This document shows, piece after piece, positions 56,247-64,000 of a DNA stretch of 64,000 nt. The position numbers and the translations under genes were made by a program. This DNA is from Patescibacteria group bacterium. GTDB taxonomy: Bacteria > Patescibacteriota > Patescibacteriia > JAXHNJ01. The notes under the pieces were generated by a model. It worked only from the letters and a program-made list of their open reading frames with translations, was not told the origin of the DNA and ran no database searches. The stretch covers positions 11,057-75,056 of the forward strand of contig JAXHNJ010000003.1 of the NCBI GenBank assembly GCA_034520665.1, written 5' to 3'. Position 1 is the stretch's first letter, and each line of letters begins with the position of its first letter.

Positions 56247-56703
56247 CATCCCCTTCGCTGCATCCCCAATCATAACCAATCTCAGGGTCATTAAACGGCG
56301 CTCGGTGTTCGTCCGGATTTTCATGGTTGTAGGTCCTGGTTATAGTATTAATTAAAACAGCCGGCTGATCACCTAAAGCAGTAAAGCCATGGTAAACCCC
56401 TTGAGGGATAAAAACTAGCCTCGGATTATCTTCACCAATTTCAAAGTCATTGATTTCGCCTTTGGTTGGCGAGCCTTCCCGGCCGTCATAAAGAGCTACC
56501 TTGGCCATCCCTTTAACCACACAAAAGTGGTCATTTTGCTTATCATGATAATGCCAGGCCTTGGCATAGCCGGGTTTGCAAGTGGTTAGATAAACCTGGC
56601 CGAACTTTTCAAAAAAAGGGTCATCGTTTCGCAAAATTTCCATGAGATAACCCCGGTCGTCTTTAATCTTTTTTAGTTTTTTGGTTTGTACGCCTTGAAT
56701 CAT
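56233..56703 (-). CDS. rmlC: dTDP-4-dehydrorhamnose 3,5-epimerase-like cupin
   Basis: 156 aa. DDRGYLMEI...KAWHYHDKQNDHFCVVKG...IPQGVYHGF RmlC-family motifs. Confidence 0.8.
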   Translation of the reverse strand: MIQGVQTKKLKKIKDDRGYLMEILRNDDPFFEKFGQVYLTTCKPGYAKAWHYHDKQNDHFCVVKGMAKVALYDGREGSPTKGEINDFEIGEDNPRLVFIPQGVYHGFTALGDQPAVLINTITRTYNHENPDEHRAPFNDPEIGYDWGCSEGDELEE

Positions 56704-56834
56704 ATATTTATAATTAATTACTATTAAAATAATATTTTATTTATTTATTTATTATAACACCAAATTTATTAATTTACAAAAGTGTCATTTTCTGTTATAG
56801 TTTCAGATGAAATCATAAAAAAATTACCGCTCAA

Positions 56835-57791
56835 ATGTCAAAAATATTAATGACTGGCGGAGCTGGATTCATCGGCTCTAATGTCAGTAAAAAACTTTTA
56901 AAAAGAGGTAATCAAATTGTCTGTGTTGATGATTTTAATGATTATTATAACCCAAAATTAAAAGAAGACCGAATAAAAATATTTCTTAAAGATTATAAAT
57001 TTCCGGTATACCGAGTGGATATCAGAAATTATACCAGTTTAAAAGAAATTTTTGAAAAAGAAAATATTGACAAAATTTGCCATTTGGCGGCCCGGGCCGG
57101 GGTCCGAGCTTCTATTGAAGATCCTTTTATCTATCAAGAAACTAATATTAAAGGTACTTTAAATCTTTTAGAATTAGCTAAAGAATATAAAATAAAAGAT
57201 TTTATTTACGCTTCTTCTTCTTCAGTTTACGGCGGTAATACTAAAATTCCTTTTGCTGAAAAAGACTCAGTTGACGCCCCTATTTCCCTTTACGCCGCCA
57301 GTAAAAAAGCTGATGAGTTGATGGCTCATGTCTATCATAATCTCTATAATTTAAATTGCACTGGTCTCCGCTTTTTCACGGTTTATGGGCCTTGGGGTCG
57401 GCCGGATATGGCCCCGATAAAATTTGCGAAATTAATTTCTAATGATAAACCAATCGATGTTTACAATTATGGCAAGCACGAAAGAGATTTTACCTATATT
57501 GACGATATAGTTCAGGGAACTGTCGCGGCCCTTGACCACCCTTTCCCTTACGAAGTTATAAATCTTGGTAACTCAAATACTGTTAAGCTTGAATATTTTA
57601 TTTCCTTACTCGAAAAAGAGCTCGGCAAAAAAGCCCAAAAAAATATGCTTTCAAAGCAACCCGGCGATATGGAAATAACTAACGCCGATATCACAAAAGC
57701 AAAATCACTTTTAGAATTCGAGCCAAAAACAAATATTGAAGAAGGTATAAAAAAATTCATAAATTGGTTCAAGGAATACTATGGAAAATAA
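56835..57791 (+). CDS. NAD-dependent sugar nucleotide epimerase/dehydratase (extended SDR, UDP-GlcA epimerase-like)
   Basis: 318 aa. TGGAGFIGSN, YAASKKADE (YxxxK). Confidence 0.85.
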   Translation: MSKILMTGGAGFIGSNVSKKLLKRGNQIVCVDDFNDYYNPKLKEDRIKIFLKDYKFPVYRVDIRNYTSLKEIFEKENIDKICHLAARAGVRASIEDPFIYQETNIKGTLNLLELAKEYKIKDFIYASSSSVYGGNTKIPFAEKDSVDAPISLYAASKKADELMAHVYHNLYNLNCTGLRFFTVYGPWGRPDMAPIKFAKLISNDKPIDVYNYGKHERDFTYIDDIVQGTVAALDHPFPYEVINLGNSNTVKLEYFISLLEKELGKKAQKNMLSKQPGDMEITNADITKAKSLLEFEPKTNIEEGIKKFINWFKEYYGK

Positions 57792-58716
57792 TATAAAATA
57801 TTCAGTAGTGGTGCCTGTTTACAACGAAGAGGATAATGTTCAGCCTCTTTTTCAGGAAATCAAAGAGGTTATGCTTAAATTGAATGAGCCTTTTGAAATT
57901 ATTTTTGTTAATGACGGCTCTTCTGACTCTACTCATCAAAAATTAAAAACCCTTTCCCCTATAAAAATTATTGCTTTCCGGAGAAACTTTGGGCAAACCT
58001 CTGCTTTAGACGCCGGTATTAAACACAGCCAGGGAGATTTTATTATTACTTTGGATGGCGACGGACAAAACCCGCCGGCCGAAATTCCTAAACTGATTGA
58101 AAAAATAAAACAAGGTTATGATGTAGTTTCTGGCTGGCGTTATAATCGTAAAGATAATCTTTCCAAAAGAATTATTTCAAGAGGAGCTGATTTTTTAAGA
58201 AAGCTATTTGTTAAAGATAAAATACACGATTCCGGCTGTACTCTAAAAATTTATAAAAAGAAATGCTTTAAAGATATACAACTAATGGGCGAAACTCATC
58301 GTTTTATTCCGGCTATGCTCCGCTGGCAGGGTTTTAAATTAGGGGAAATTAAGGTAGAGCACCTTCCTAGAAAAAGAGGTTATACTAAATATACCTGGAA
58401 AAGAGTTTTAAAAGGTTTTATTGATATGCTTTCTGTCTGGTTTTACCGCAAATACACAGGCCGGCCGCTTCATCTTTTTGGCGGACTAGGAATTATTATC
58501 GGCGGAGGGGGTTTTATGATGGGTCTCTATCTAGCTATCGCCCGCTACTTTTTTGGCTATTCTTTGCAAAACCGCATCTGGCCCTTAGTTTCAATTTTTA
58601 TGGTTTTGGTTGGTATTCAGCTTTTTATTTCCGGTCTTTTAGCTGATATTTCGGTTAAAAATCATTATCAAGGTAAAAAAAATATTTATAACATCAAAGA
58701 AATTATTGAAAATTAA
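57781..58716 (+). CDS. GT2 polyprenyl-phosphate glycosyltransferase (GtrB/ArnC/DPM1-like)
   Basis: 311 aa. SVVVPVYNEEDNV, DGSSD, DGDGQ motifs, then two C-terminal TM helices. Confidence 0.85.
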   Translation: MENNIKYSVVVPVYNEEDNVQPLFQEIKEVMLKLNEPFEIIFVNDGSSDSTHQKLKTLSPIKIIAFRRNFGQTSALDAGIKHSQGDFIITLDGDGQNPPAEIPKLIEKIKQGYDVVSGWRYNRKDNLSKRIISRGADFLRKLFVKDKIHDSGCTLKIYKKKCFKDIQLMGETHRFIPAMLRWQGFKLGEIKVEHLPRKRGYTKYTWKRVLKGFIDMLSVWFYRKYTGRPLHLFGGLGIIIGGGGFMMGLYLAIARYFFGYSLQNRIWPLVSIFMVLVGIQLFISGLLADISVKNHYQGKKNIYNIKEIIEN

Positions 58717-58721
58717 TATTT

Positions 58722-58937
58722 ATGTCTGACAAATCTTATCGTAGCATAATGAAAGCCACTAGTTGGCGGATTATCGCTAGCCTAACTACAGTTTCTTTAG
58801 TCTATTTTTTTACTGGTAAATTAACTTTATCCTTGGAAATCGGTGGTCTAGAAATAATTTTCAAAATACTTTTTTATTACTTTCATGAAAGAATATGGAA
58901 TAAATCAAAGTGGGGTACCAAAAATAATAATAAATAA
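58722..58937 (+). CDS. small two-TM membrane protein (DUF2061-like)
   Basis: 71 aa. SWRIIASLTT...YFFTGK...YYFHERIWNK pattern; position is typical of a GT2 companion. Confidence 0.35.
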   Translation: MSDKSYRSIMKATSWRIIASLTTVSLVYFFTGKLTLSLEIGGLEIIFKILFYYFHERIWNKSKWGTKNNNK

Positions 58938-58942
58938 AATTT

Positions 58943-59848
58943 ATGGAAAAATACGAAATTAATTATCTTAGACAATTAGAAAGCGAGGCAATACATATTA
59001 TTCGAGAAGTAGTGGCAAATTTTAAAAATCCGGTTATGCTTTACTCTATCGGCAAAGATTCCTCTTGCCTGTTAAGATTAGCTCAAAAAGCTTTTTACCC
59101 CGGAAAAATTCCTTTTCCTCTGATGCAAATTGATACTGGTTATATATTTAAAGAAATGTATGAATTCAGAGAAAAAATTAATAAAAATAACAATTTAAAA
59201 ATAATAGTTTATAAAAATGAGGATCCAGTAGCTTTATCCATGAAGGCTAATCAAGCTCACAGTGAAGAATACATCTATCATAAAAAAACCAAGCCATTAC
59301 TGGAATCTATTAAAAAATATGAGTTTGACGCGGCTATTGGCGGATCCAGAAGAGAAGAAGAAAAATCCCGAGCTAAAGAAAGAATTTTTTCTCCACGAAC
59401 CAAAGAAGGTGTTTGGAATCCCAAAGATCAAAGACCTGAGTTATGGCATCTTTATAATACCCGAATAAAAGAAAAGGAATCCATGAGAATTTTCCCTCTT
59501 TCGGATTGGACCGAAATAGATATTTGGCGTTATATTAAGCTGGAAAAAATTGAAGTAGTGCCGCTTTATTTTGCTAAAAAAAGAAAGGTAATTAAAAGAA
59601 AAAATATTTATTTGCGTCTTGATGAATATGTTTCTCCCAAAAAAAACGAGGAAGTACTTGAAATAAATTGTCGTTATCGAACACTTGGTTGTTCGCCTTC
59701 TACTGGAGCTGTTCCTTCCACGGCCACTACAGTTGATGAAATTATTGAAGAGCTCATAGAAGCCAAGGATTCTGAAAGACAAAATAGAGCCATTGACCAA
59801 AATTCAGACAGTGCTATGGAAGATAAAAAAAAGGAGGGTTATTTTTAA
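58943..59848 (+). CDS. cysD: sulfate adenylyltransferase subunit 2
   Basis: 301 aa. PAPS-reductase-like fold, YSIGKDSSCLL PP-loop. Confidence 0.92.
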   Translation: MEKYEINYLRQLESEAIHIIREVVANFKNPVMLYSIGKDSSCLLRLAQKAFYPGKIPFPLMQIDTGYIFKEMYEFREKINKNNNLKIIVYKNEDPVALSMKANQAHSEEYIYHKKTKPLLESIKKYEFDAAIGGSRREEEKSRAKERIFSPRTKEGVWNPKDQRPELWHLYNTRIKEKESMRIFPLSDWTEIDIWRYIKLEKIEVVPLYFAKKRKVIKRKNIYLRLDEYVSPKKNEEVLEINCRYRTLGCSPSTGAVPSTATTVDEIIEELIEAKDSERQNRAIDQNSDSAMEDKKKEGYF

Positions 59849-61660
59849 ATGAAAAATATAAATAATAACGAAAATATTGAATTAGTTAATTTAGTGGCTG
59901 CTGGCAGTGTTGACGACGGCAAATCCACTCTTATCGGCCGGCTGATGTATGATTCCAAAGTAATCTCTGCTGACCAACTTAGAACCGTTAAAATAACCAG
60001 TAAAAAAAGAGGTTTTGAGGGTATTGATTTTTCTCTTTTCACTGACGGGCTTTCGGCTGAACGCGAGCAAGGTATTACTATAGATGTAGCTTACCGCTAT
60101 TTTGGCACCAAAAAAAGAAGATTTGTTATTGCTGATGTGCCCGGACACGAACAGTATACCCGTAATATGGTTACCGGGGCTTCAAAAGCTAACCTGGCCC
60201 TTTTAATTGCCGACGCCAGAAAGGGTCTTTTAATCCAGTCAAAAAGACATTTATTTATAGCTTCTCTCTTGGGCATTCCTCATATTGCTATTATAGTCAA
60301 TAAAATGGATTTGATGAATTATCAGGAAAAAACTTATGATAAAATAAAAGACGATTTTACTAATTTTGCCGCTAAAATGAATATTTCTGATTTACAATTT
60401 ATTCCCGTTTCCTCACTCAAAGGAGATATGGTCGTTAATCGCAGAGATAATATGCCCTGGTATAACGGGCCAACCGTTTTATCCTATCTTGAGAATTTAG
60501 AAATTTCCTCTGATCGAAATATGATTGATTTCCGCTTTCCTATTCAATATGTTATTCGTCCTCACCAAAATTTCCGAGGCTTGGCCGGAAAAATAGAAGG
60601 CGGTACTATTAAGCCTGGTCAGAAGGTAAAAGTTTTGCCTTCTGGAAAAGAAACCAAAATAGATAAATTAATTTGTCATCAAAAAAGTCAAAAACTTTGT
60701 TATAACCCCCAGTCAATAGTCATTAAATTGAAGGATGAAGTAGACGCCAGCCGCGGTGATATGATTGTAAAGTCAAAAAATATTCCTGAAATTTCAAAAA
60801 GTTTTAACGCCATGGTTTGCTGGTTTTCTGATACTCCTCTTGATCAAGACAAAACCTATCTTTTAAAGCACCTTGCTAAAACTACTCGCTGTTCCTTAAA
60901 AAAACTGCAGTATATTATAAACATAGATAATCTTCACCGAAAAAAAGCTAATAAATTAAAAATAAATGAAATTGGCAAAATAAATATTACCACTAATGAG
61001 CCGATTTTGTTTGATCCATACCCTAAAAATAGAAACACCGGTTGTTTTATTATTATTGACCAGTTAACTAACAATACCATTGCCGCCGGAGTAATTATTG
61101 ACCGAGCTAAGGAAAAAAAGAAAGCCAGTAAGTCTCTTAAAAAAGGAGCTGTGCTTTGGTTTACCGGCCTGTCCGGCTCGGGTAAAAGTACAGTAGCCAA
61201 TAAGGTCTATGAAATTCTTAGTAAAAAAGGGATTGATTGCCAGAGACTGGACGGCGATATTATGCGCCAGTCTTTATCCAAAGACCTTGGTTTCAGCAAA
61301 AAAGACCGAGAAACTAATATTGAAAGAGCTGGCTTTGTAGCTGAAATATTGGCTAAACACGAGGTAATGGTTTTAACTGCCTTTATTTCGCCCTATAAAA
61401 AACAAAGAGCTGAATTAAGAAAAAAAATTGATAATTTTGTGGAAATTTTTGTTGAGGCTCCCCTCTCTCTTTGTGAAAAAAGAGATGTTAAAGGCCTTTA
61501 TAAAAAGGCTAAAAAAGGAGAAATTAAGCACTTCACTGGCATCAGCCACCCTTATGAAAAACCCCAAAATCCACAAGTAACTCTTCATACAAAAAAAGAA
61601 TCTCTGAATACTTCGGCTAATAAAGTTATTACTTATTTAAGAAAAAATAATTATATATAA
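59849..61660 (+). CDS. cysNC: bifunctional sulfate adenylyltransferase subunit 1 / adenylylsulfate kinase (CysN-CysC fusion)
   Basis: 603 aa. N-terminal GTPase (GSVDDGKSTLIGRL, DVPGHEQY, NKMD). C-terminal APS kinase (LWFTGLSGSGKSTVA). Confidence 0.92.
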   Translation: MKNINNNENIELVNLVAAGSVDDGKSTLIGRLMYDSKVISADQLRTVKITSKKRGFEGIDFSLFTDGLSAEREQGITIDVAYRYFGTKKRRFVIADVPGHEQYTRNMVTGASKANLALLIADARKGLLIQSKRHLFIASLLGIPHIAIIVNKMDLMNYQEKTYDKIKDDFTNFAAKMNISDLQFIPVSSLKGDMVVNRRDNMPWYNGPTVLSYLENLEISSDRNMIDFRFPIQYVIRPHQNFRGLAGKIEGGTIKPGQKVKVLPSGKETKIDKLICHQKSQKLCYNPQSIVIKLKDEVDASRGDMIVKSKNIPEISKSFNAMVCWFSDTPLDQDKTYLLKHLAKTTRCSLKKLQYIINIDNLHRKKANKLKINEIGKINITTNEPILFDPYPKNRNTGCFIIIDQLTNNTIAAGVIIDRAKEKKKASKSLKKGAVLWFTGLSGSGKSTVANKVYEILSKKGIDCQRLDGDIMRQSLSKDLGFSKKDRETNIERAGFVAEILAKHEVMVLTAFISPYKKQRAELRKKIDNFVEIFVEAPLSLCEKRDVKGLYKKAKKGEIKHFTGISHPYEKPQNPQVTLHTKKESLNTSANKVITYLRKNNYI

Positions 61661-61661
61661 C

Positions 61662-62453
61662 TTGGAAGAAATAAATTTATTAAAAAAGGCGGTCAAAAAA
61701 GCCGGTCGGGTAGCCTTAAATTATTACCACAGCAAAAATATTATCCATGAGGACGGCTACACTCCCCTAACCAAGGCTGATTTTGCCTCAGAAAAAGTTT
61801 TAATCAGCGAATTAAAAAAAACGCCTTATAAAATACTTTCCGAACACCAGGATAATAAAGAAAGATTAAAAGAAAATAAAATCTGGATTATTGATCCTTT
61901 AGACGGCACCAAAGACTTTATTCAGAAAACCGGTGAGTTTTCTATTATGGCCGCTTTAACCCAAAATAACAAGCCGATCATAGGCGCTATCTACCAGCCA
62001 GTGACAAAAAAATTATATTACGCCCAAAAAGATAAAGGCGCCTTTCTAAAGCAAGGTAGAAATAAACCGATTAAATTATCAGTTTCAAATAATACTGACT
62101 TTACCGATATGTCTCTACTAGTCAGTCGTAATCATTTATTGCCCGGTGAAATAAAGCTTTGTGAAAATTTAAAAATCGGTAAAAAAATACCCTACGGCAG
62201 TGCCGGCCTAAAAGCGGCTCTTATCTGCGAGCAAAAAGCTGACATTTATCTTAATAGCAGTGACCAAACCGGCGAATGGGATATCGGCGCCGCTGAAATT
62301 ATTTTTAAAGAAGCCGGCGGTAAGATTACCGATATGTTGGGGCATGACTTAAAATACAATAAAAAGAAACCAATTAATAAACAGGGATTTGTTCTATCTC
62401 ATAAATTAGTTCATAAAAAAATAATCTCTGAACTTAAAAAAATTAATGAGTAA
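61662..62453 (+). CDS. cysQ: 3'(2'),5'-bisphosphate nucleotidase (CysQ / inositol monophosphatase family)
   Basis: 263 aa. WIIDPLDGTKDF metal-binding motif, second motif in the SAGLKAALICE region. Confidence 0.8.
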   Translation: MEEINLLKKAVKKAGRVALNYYHSKNIIHEDGYTPLTKADFASEKVLISELKKTPYKILSEHQDNKERLKENKIWIIDPLDGTKDFIQKTGEFSIMAALTQNNKPIIGAIYQPVTKKLYYAQKDKGAFLKQGRNKPIKLSVSNNTDFTDMSLLVSRNHLLPGEIKLCENLKIGKKIPYGSAGLKAALICEQKADIYLNSSDQTGEWDIGAAEIIFKEAGGKITDMLGHDLKYNKKKPINKQGFVLSHKLVHKKIISELKKINE

Positions 62454-63537
62454 GCCGTCAAAAAAAATATTAATACTTAATTATGAATTTCCTCCTTTGG
62501 GCGGTGGGGCTTCTCCGGTTTCGTATGAGATAGCCAAAGGTTATGTTCAGAGAGAGCATAAAGTGGATGTTGTGACTATGAGTTATAAAGACCTGCCTTC
62601 TTATGAAAATAAAGATGGAATTAATATCTATAGAGTTCCTTGTTTAAGAAGTAAAAAGGAAATTTGTCATCCTTGGGAACAATTAATATATATTATTTCA
62701 GCAAAAAGATTTCTAAGAAAACATCTTAAGAATAACTCTTATGATATTAATCACACTCATTTTATTATTCCTACAGGAATTATTGCAAAATGGTTGAAGA
62801 AGAAATTTGGAATACCTTATATTATTACAAGTCATGGGAGTGATGTTTTGGGTTACAACAATAAAAGAAGTTTCAAGTATATTTATCCCTTAGTTAAAAA
62901 ACAATGGAAAGAAATTGTTAAGGAAGCCAAAGCTGTTGTTTGTCCATCTAATTTCTTGAAAAATAAAATTCTGAACATTACAACACAAGGAAACTTAAAA
63001 GTCATTCCTAATGGAATTGATAAGAACAAATTTAAACCAATGAAAAAAGAAAAAAGAATTTTAATTGTTACAAGACTTTTTGAAAATAAAGGAGTTCAGG
63101 ATGTTTTGGATGCATTAAAAGGATTAAATTTGAAAGGTTGGAAAGTAGATATTGTAGGTGAAGGACCATATAGAAATTTCTTAGAAAAAAAAGCAAAAGA
63201 AAACAACTTAAAAGATATAGTAAAATTTCATGGTTGGGTAGAAAATAATTCTAAAGAAATGAAAAATCTTTATGGACATGCAAGTATTTTTATAAGTGCT
63301 AGTTGGTTTGAAAGTTTTGGATTAACTGTTTTAGAAGCAATTCAAGCTGGATGCTATCCTCTAGTTTCAGATATTGGAGGTCACAGAGAAATATTAAAAA
63401 ATAAAAAATATTTTCTTAATAAAGATTTAAAGATAAAAATTGAAAAATTAATAAACCAAAAAATTAATCCTCCAAAGTTTAACCAAAATTATAATTGGAA
63501 GAATGTAATTAAAAAATATGAGGAGATTTTGAGATGA
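62446..63537 (+). CDS. GT4 (GT-B) glycosyltransferase
   Basis: 363 aa. EFPPLGGGASPVSYEIAKG N-terminus; C-terminal E..FGLTVLEA...G.P.V motif. Confidence 0.85.
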   Translation: MSKPSKKILILNYEFPPLGGGASPVSYEIAKGYVQREHKVDVVTMSYKDLPSYENKDGINIYRVPCLRSKKEICHPWEQLIYIISAKRFLRKHLKNNSYDINHTHFIIPTGIIAKWLKKKFGIPYIITSHGSDVLGYNNKRSFKYIYPLVKKQWKEIVKEAKAVVCPSNFLKNKILNITTQGNLKVIPNGIDKNKFKPMKKEKRILIVTRLFENKGVQDVLDALKGLNLKGWKVDIVGEGPYRNFLEKKAKENNLKDIVKFHGWVENNSKEMKNLYGHASIFISASWFESFGLTVLEAIQAGCYPLVSDIGGHREILKNKKYFLNKDLKIKIEKLINQKINPPKFNQNYNWKNVIKKYEEILR

Positions 63538-64000
63538 AAGATAAAATCAAGGTTATTTATATTTCCGGAATTGGTCGAAGCGGTTCTACTCTCTTAGATT
63601 TATTAATTTCCACAAATGATAGTGTATTTAGTGTTGGAGAAATTTATAAATATAATGAATTAAAGAAGAGAAATATAGAATGTAGTTGTGGAAATAAGTT
63701 TAACAAATGTATTTTTTGGAAAAATTTTGTTAATAATAAAACAAAAATTATAAATCGCATGAATCTTAAAGATTATCTAAAGATGATAAATTTTTTGTTG
63801 AATCCTCTTTCAAAAAAAATAAACTTCAAGGATAAATCTCAAGATTATGATCTATTTACAAAAATAAAAAAAGAAAATCCAAATGTCGAGTACATCCTCG
63901 ACTCATCCAAGGATATTGCAAGATTAATTGAACTTGACTCTGACCCGCGAATTGAGATATATAATATTTCTATAATTAGAGATGGAAGAGCAGTTGCAAA
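63536..64000 (+). CDS. sulfotransferase-family protein (partial, runs off the window)
   Basis: Starts at the ATGA overlap with the GT4 stop. YISGIGRSGSTLLDLLIS is a PAPS-binding 5'-PSB-like loop as in Stf0/Sulfotransfer_3 families; context is cysD-cysNC-cysQ. Confidence 0.5.

Noticed and set aside
58-64000. Alternative genetic code (UGA = Gly, as in some CPR lineages)
   Set aside because: Housekeeping genes have expected lengths under code 11, and cysS terminates at TGA exactly where the protein family ends.

Overview
This 64 kb window is a low-GC (about 33-35%) bacterial fragment that reads in the standard genetic code (TGA/TAA/TAG all act as stops) and looks like a reduced-genome Patescibacteria/CPR-type organism. 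Most of the window is housekeeping: cysS, secD-secF, secA, a dcw/mur block (mraY-murD-ftsW-murG-murC-murB), murA, pyrG, rplI, rpmA, ctpA and a cysteine desulfurase. There is a complete type IV pilus block (pilB, pilC, two pseudopilins, a 601-aa protein, pilM, pilN, pilO). There is also a histidine kinase with two receiver-only response regulators. A surface-glycan region carries a dTDP-rhamnose pathway (rmlA, rmlD, rmlB, rmlC-like) next to a PAPS-synthesis/sulfation set (cysD, fused cysN-cysC, cysQ, GT2, GT4, a sulfotransferase). The unexpected content is mostly non-coding. First, three repeat-dense islands (about 25.2-26.07 kb, 41.2-42.95 kb, 51.7-52.3 kb) are built from REP-like palindromes carrying a GTAG tetranucleotide, together with a 5'-truncated RAYT/IS200-like HUH tyrosine transposase and three further fragments of the same gene. 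Second, a strand-invariant, stop-codon-rich octamer array (units like TTAACTAA/TCAACTAA) sits exactly at six gene boundaries; its longest copy is the leader of rpmA. Third, several protein architectures are unusual: SecD carries a seemingly circularly permuted parvulin domain, a sigma-70 region 4 module is fused to a HARE-HTH, an FtsK/HerA/VirD4-class ATPase lacks its membrane domain and has an N/K-rich tail, an FG-GAP propeller is fused to an L,D-transpeptidase, and a Cas4-like nuclease stands alone. A GC-rich 270-bp insert in the mur cluster and a palindrome-rich 400-bp insert in front of rmlB that duplicates the rmlB start are also described. No rRNA, tRNA or CRISPR array was found.
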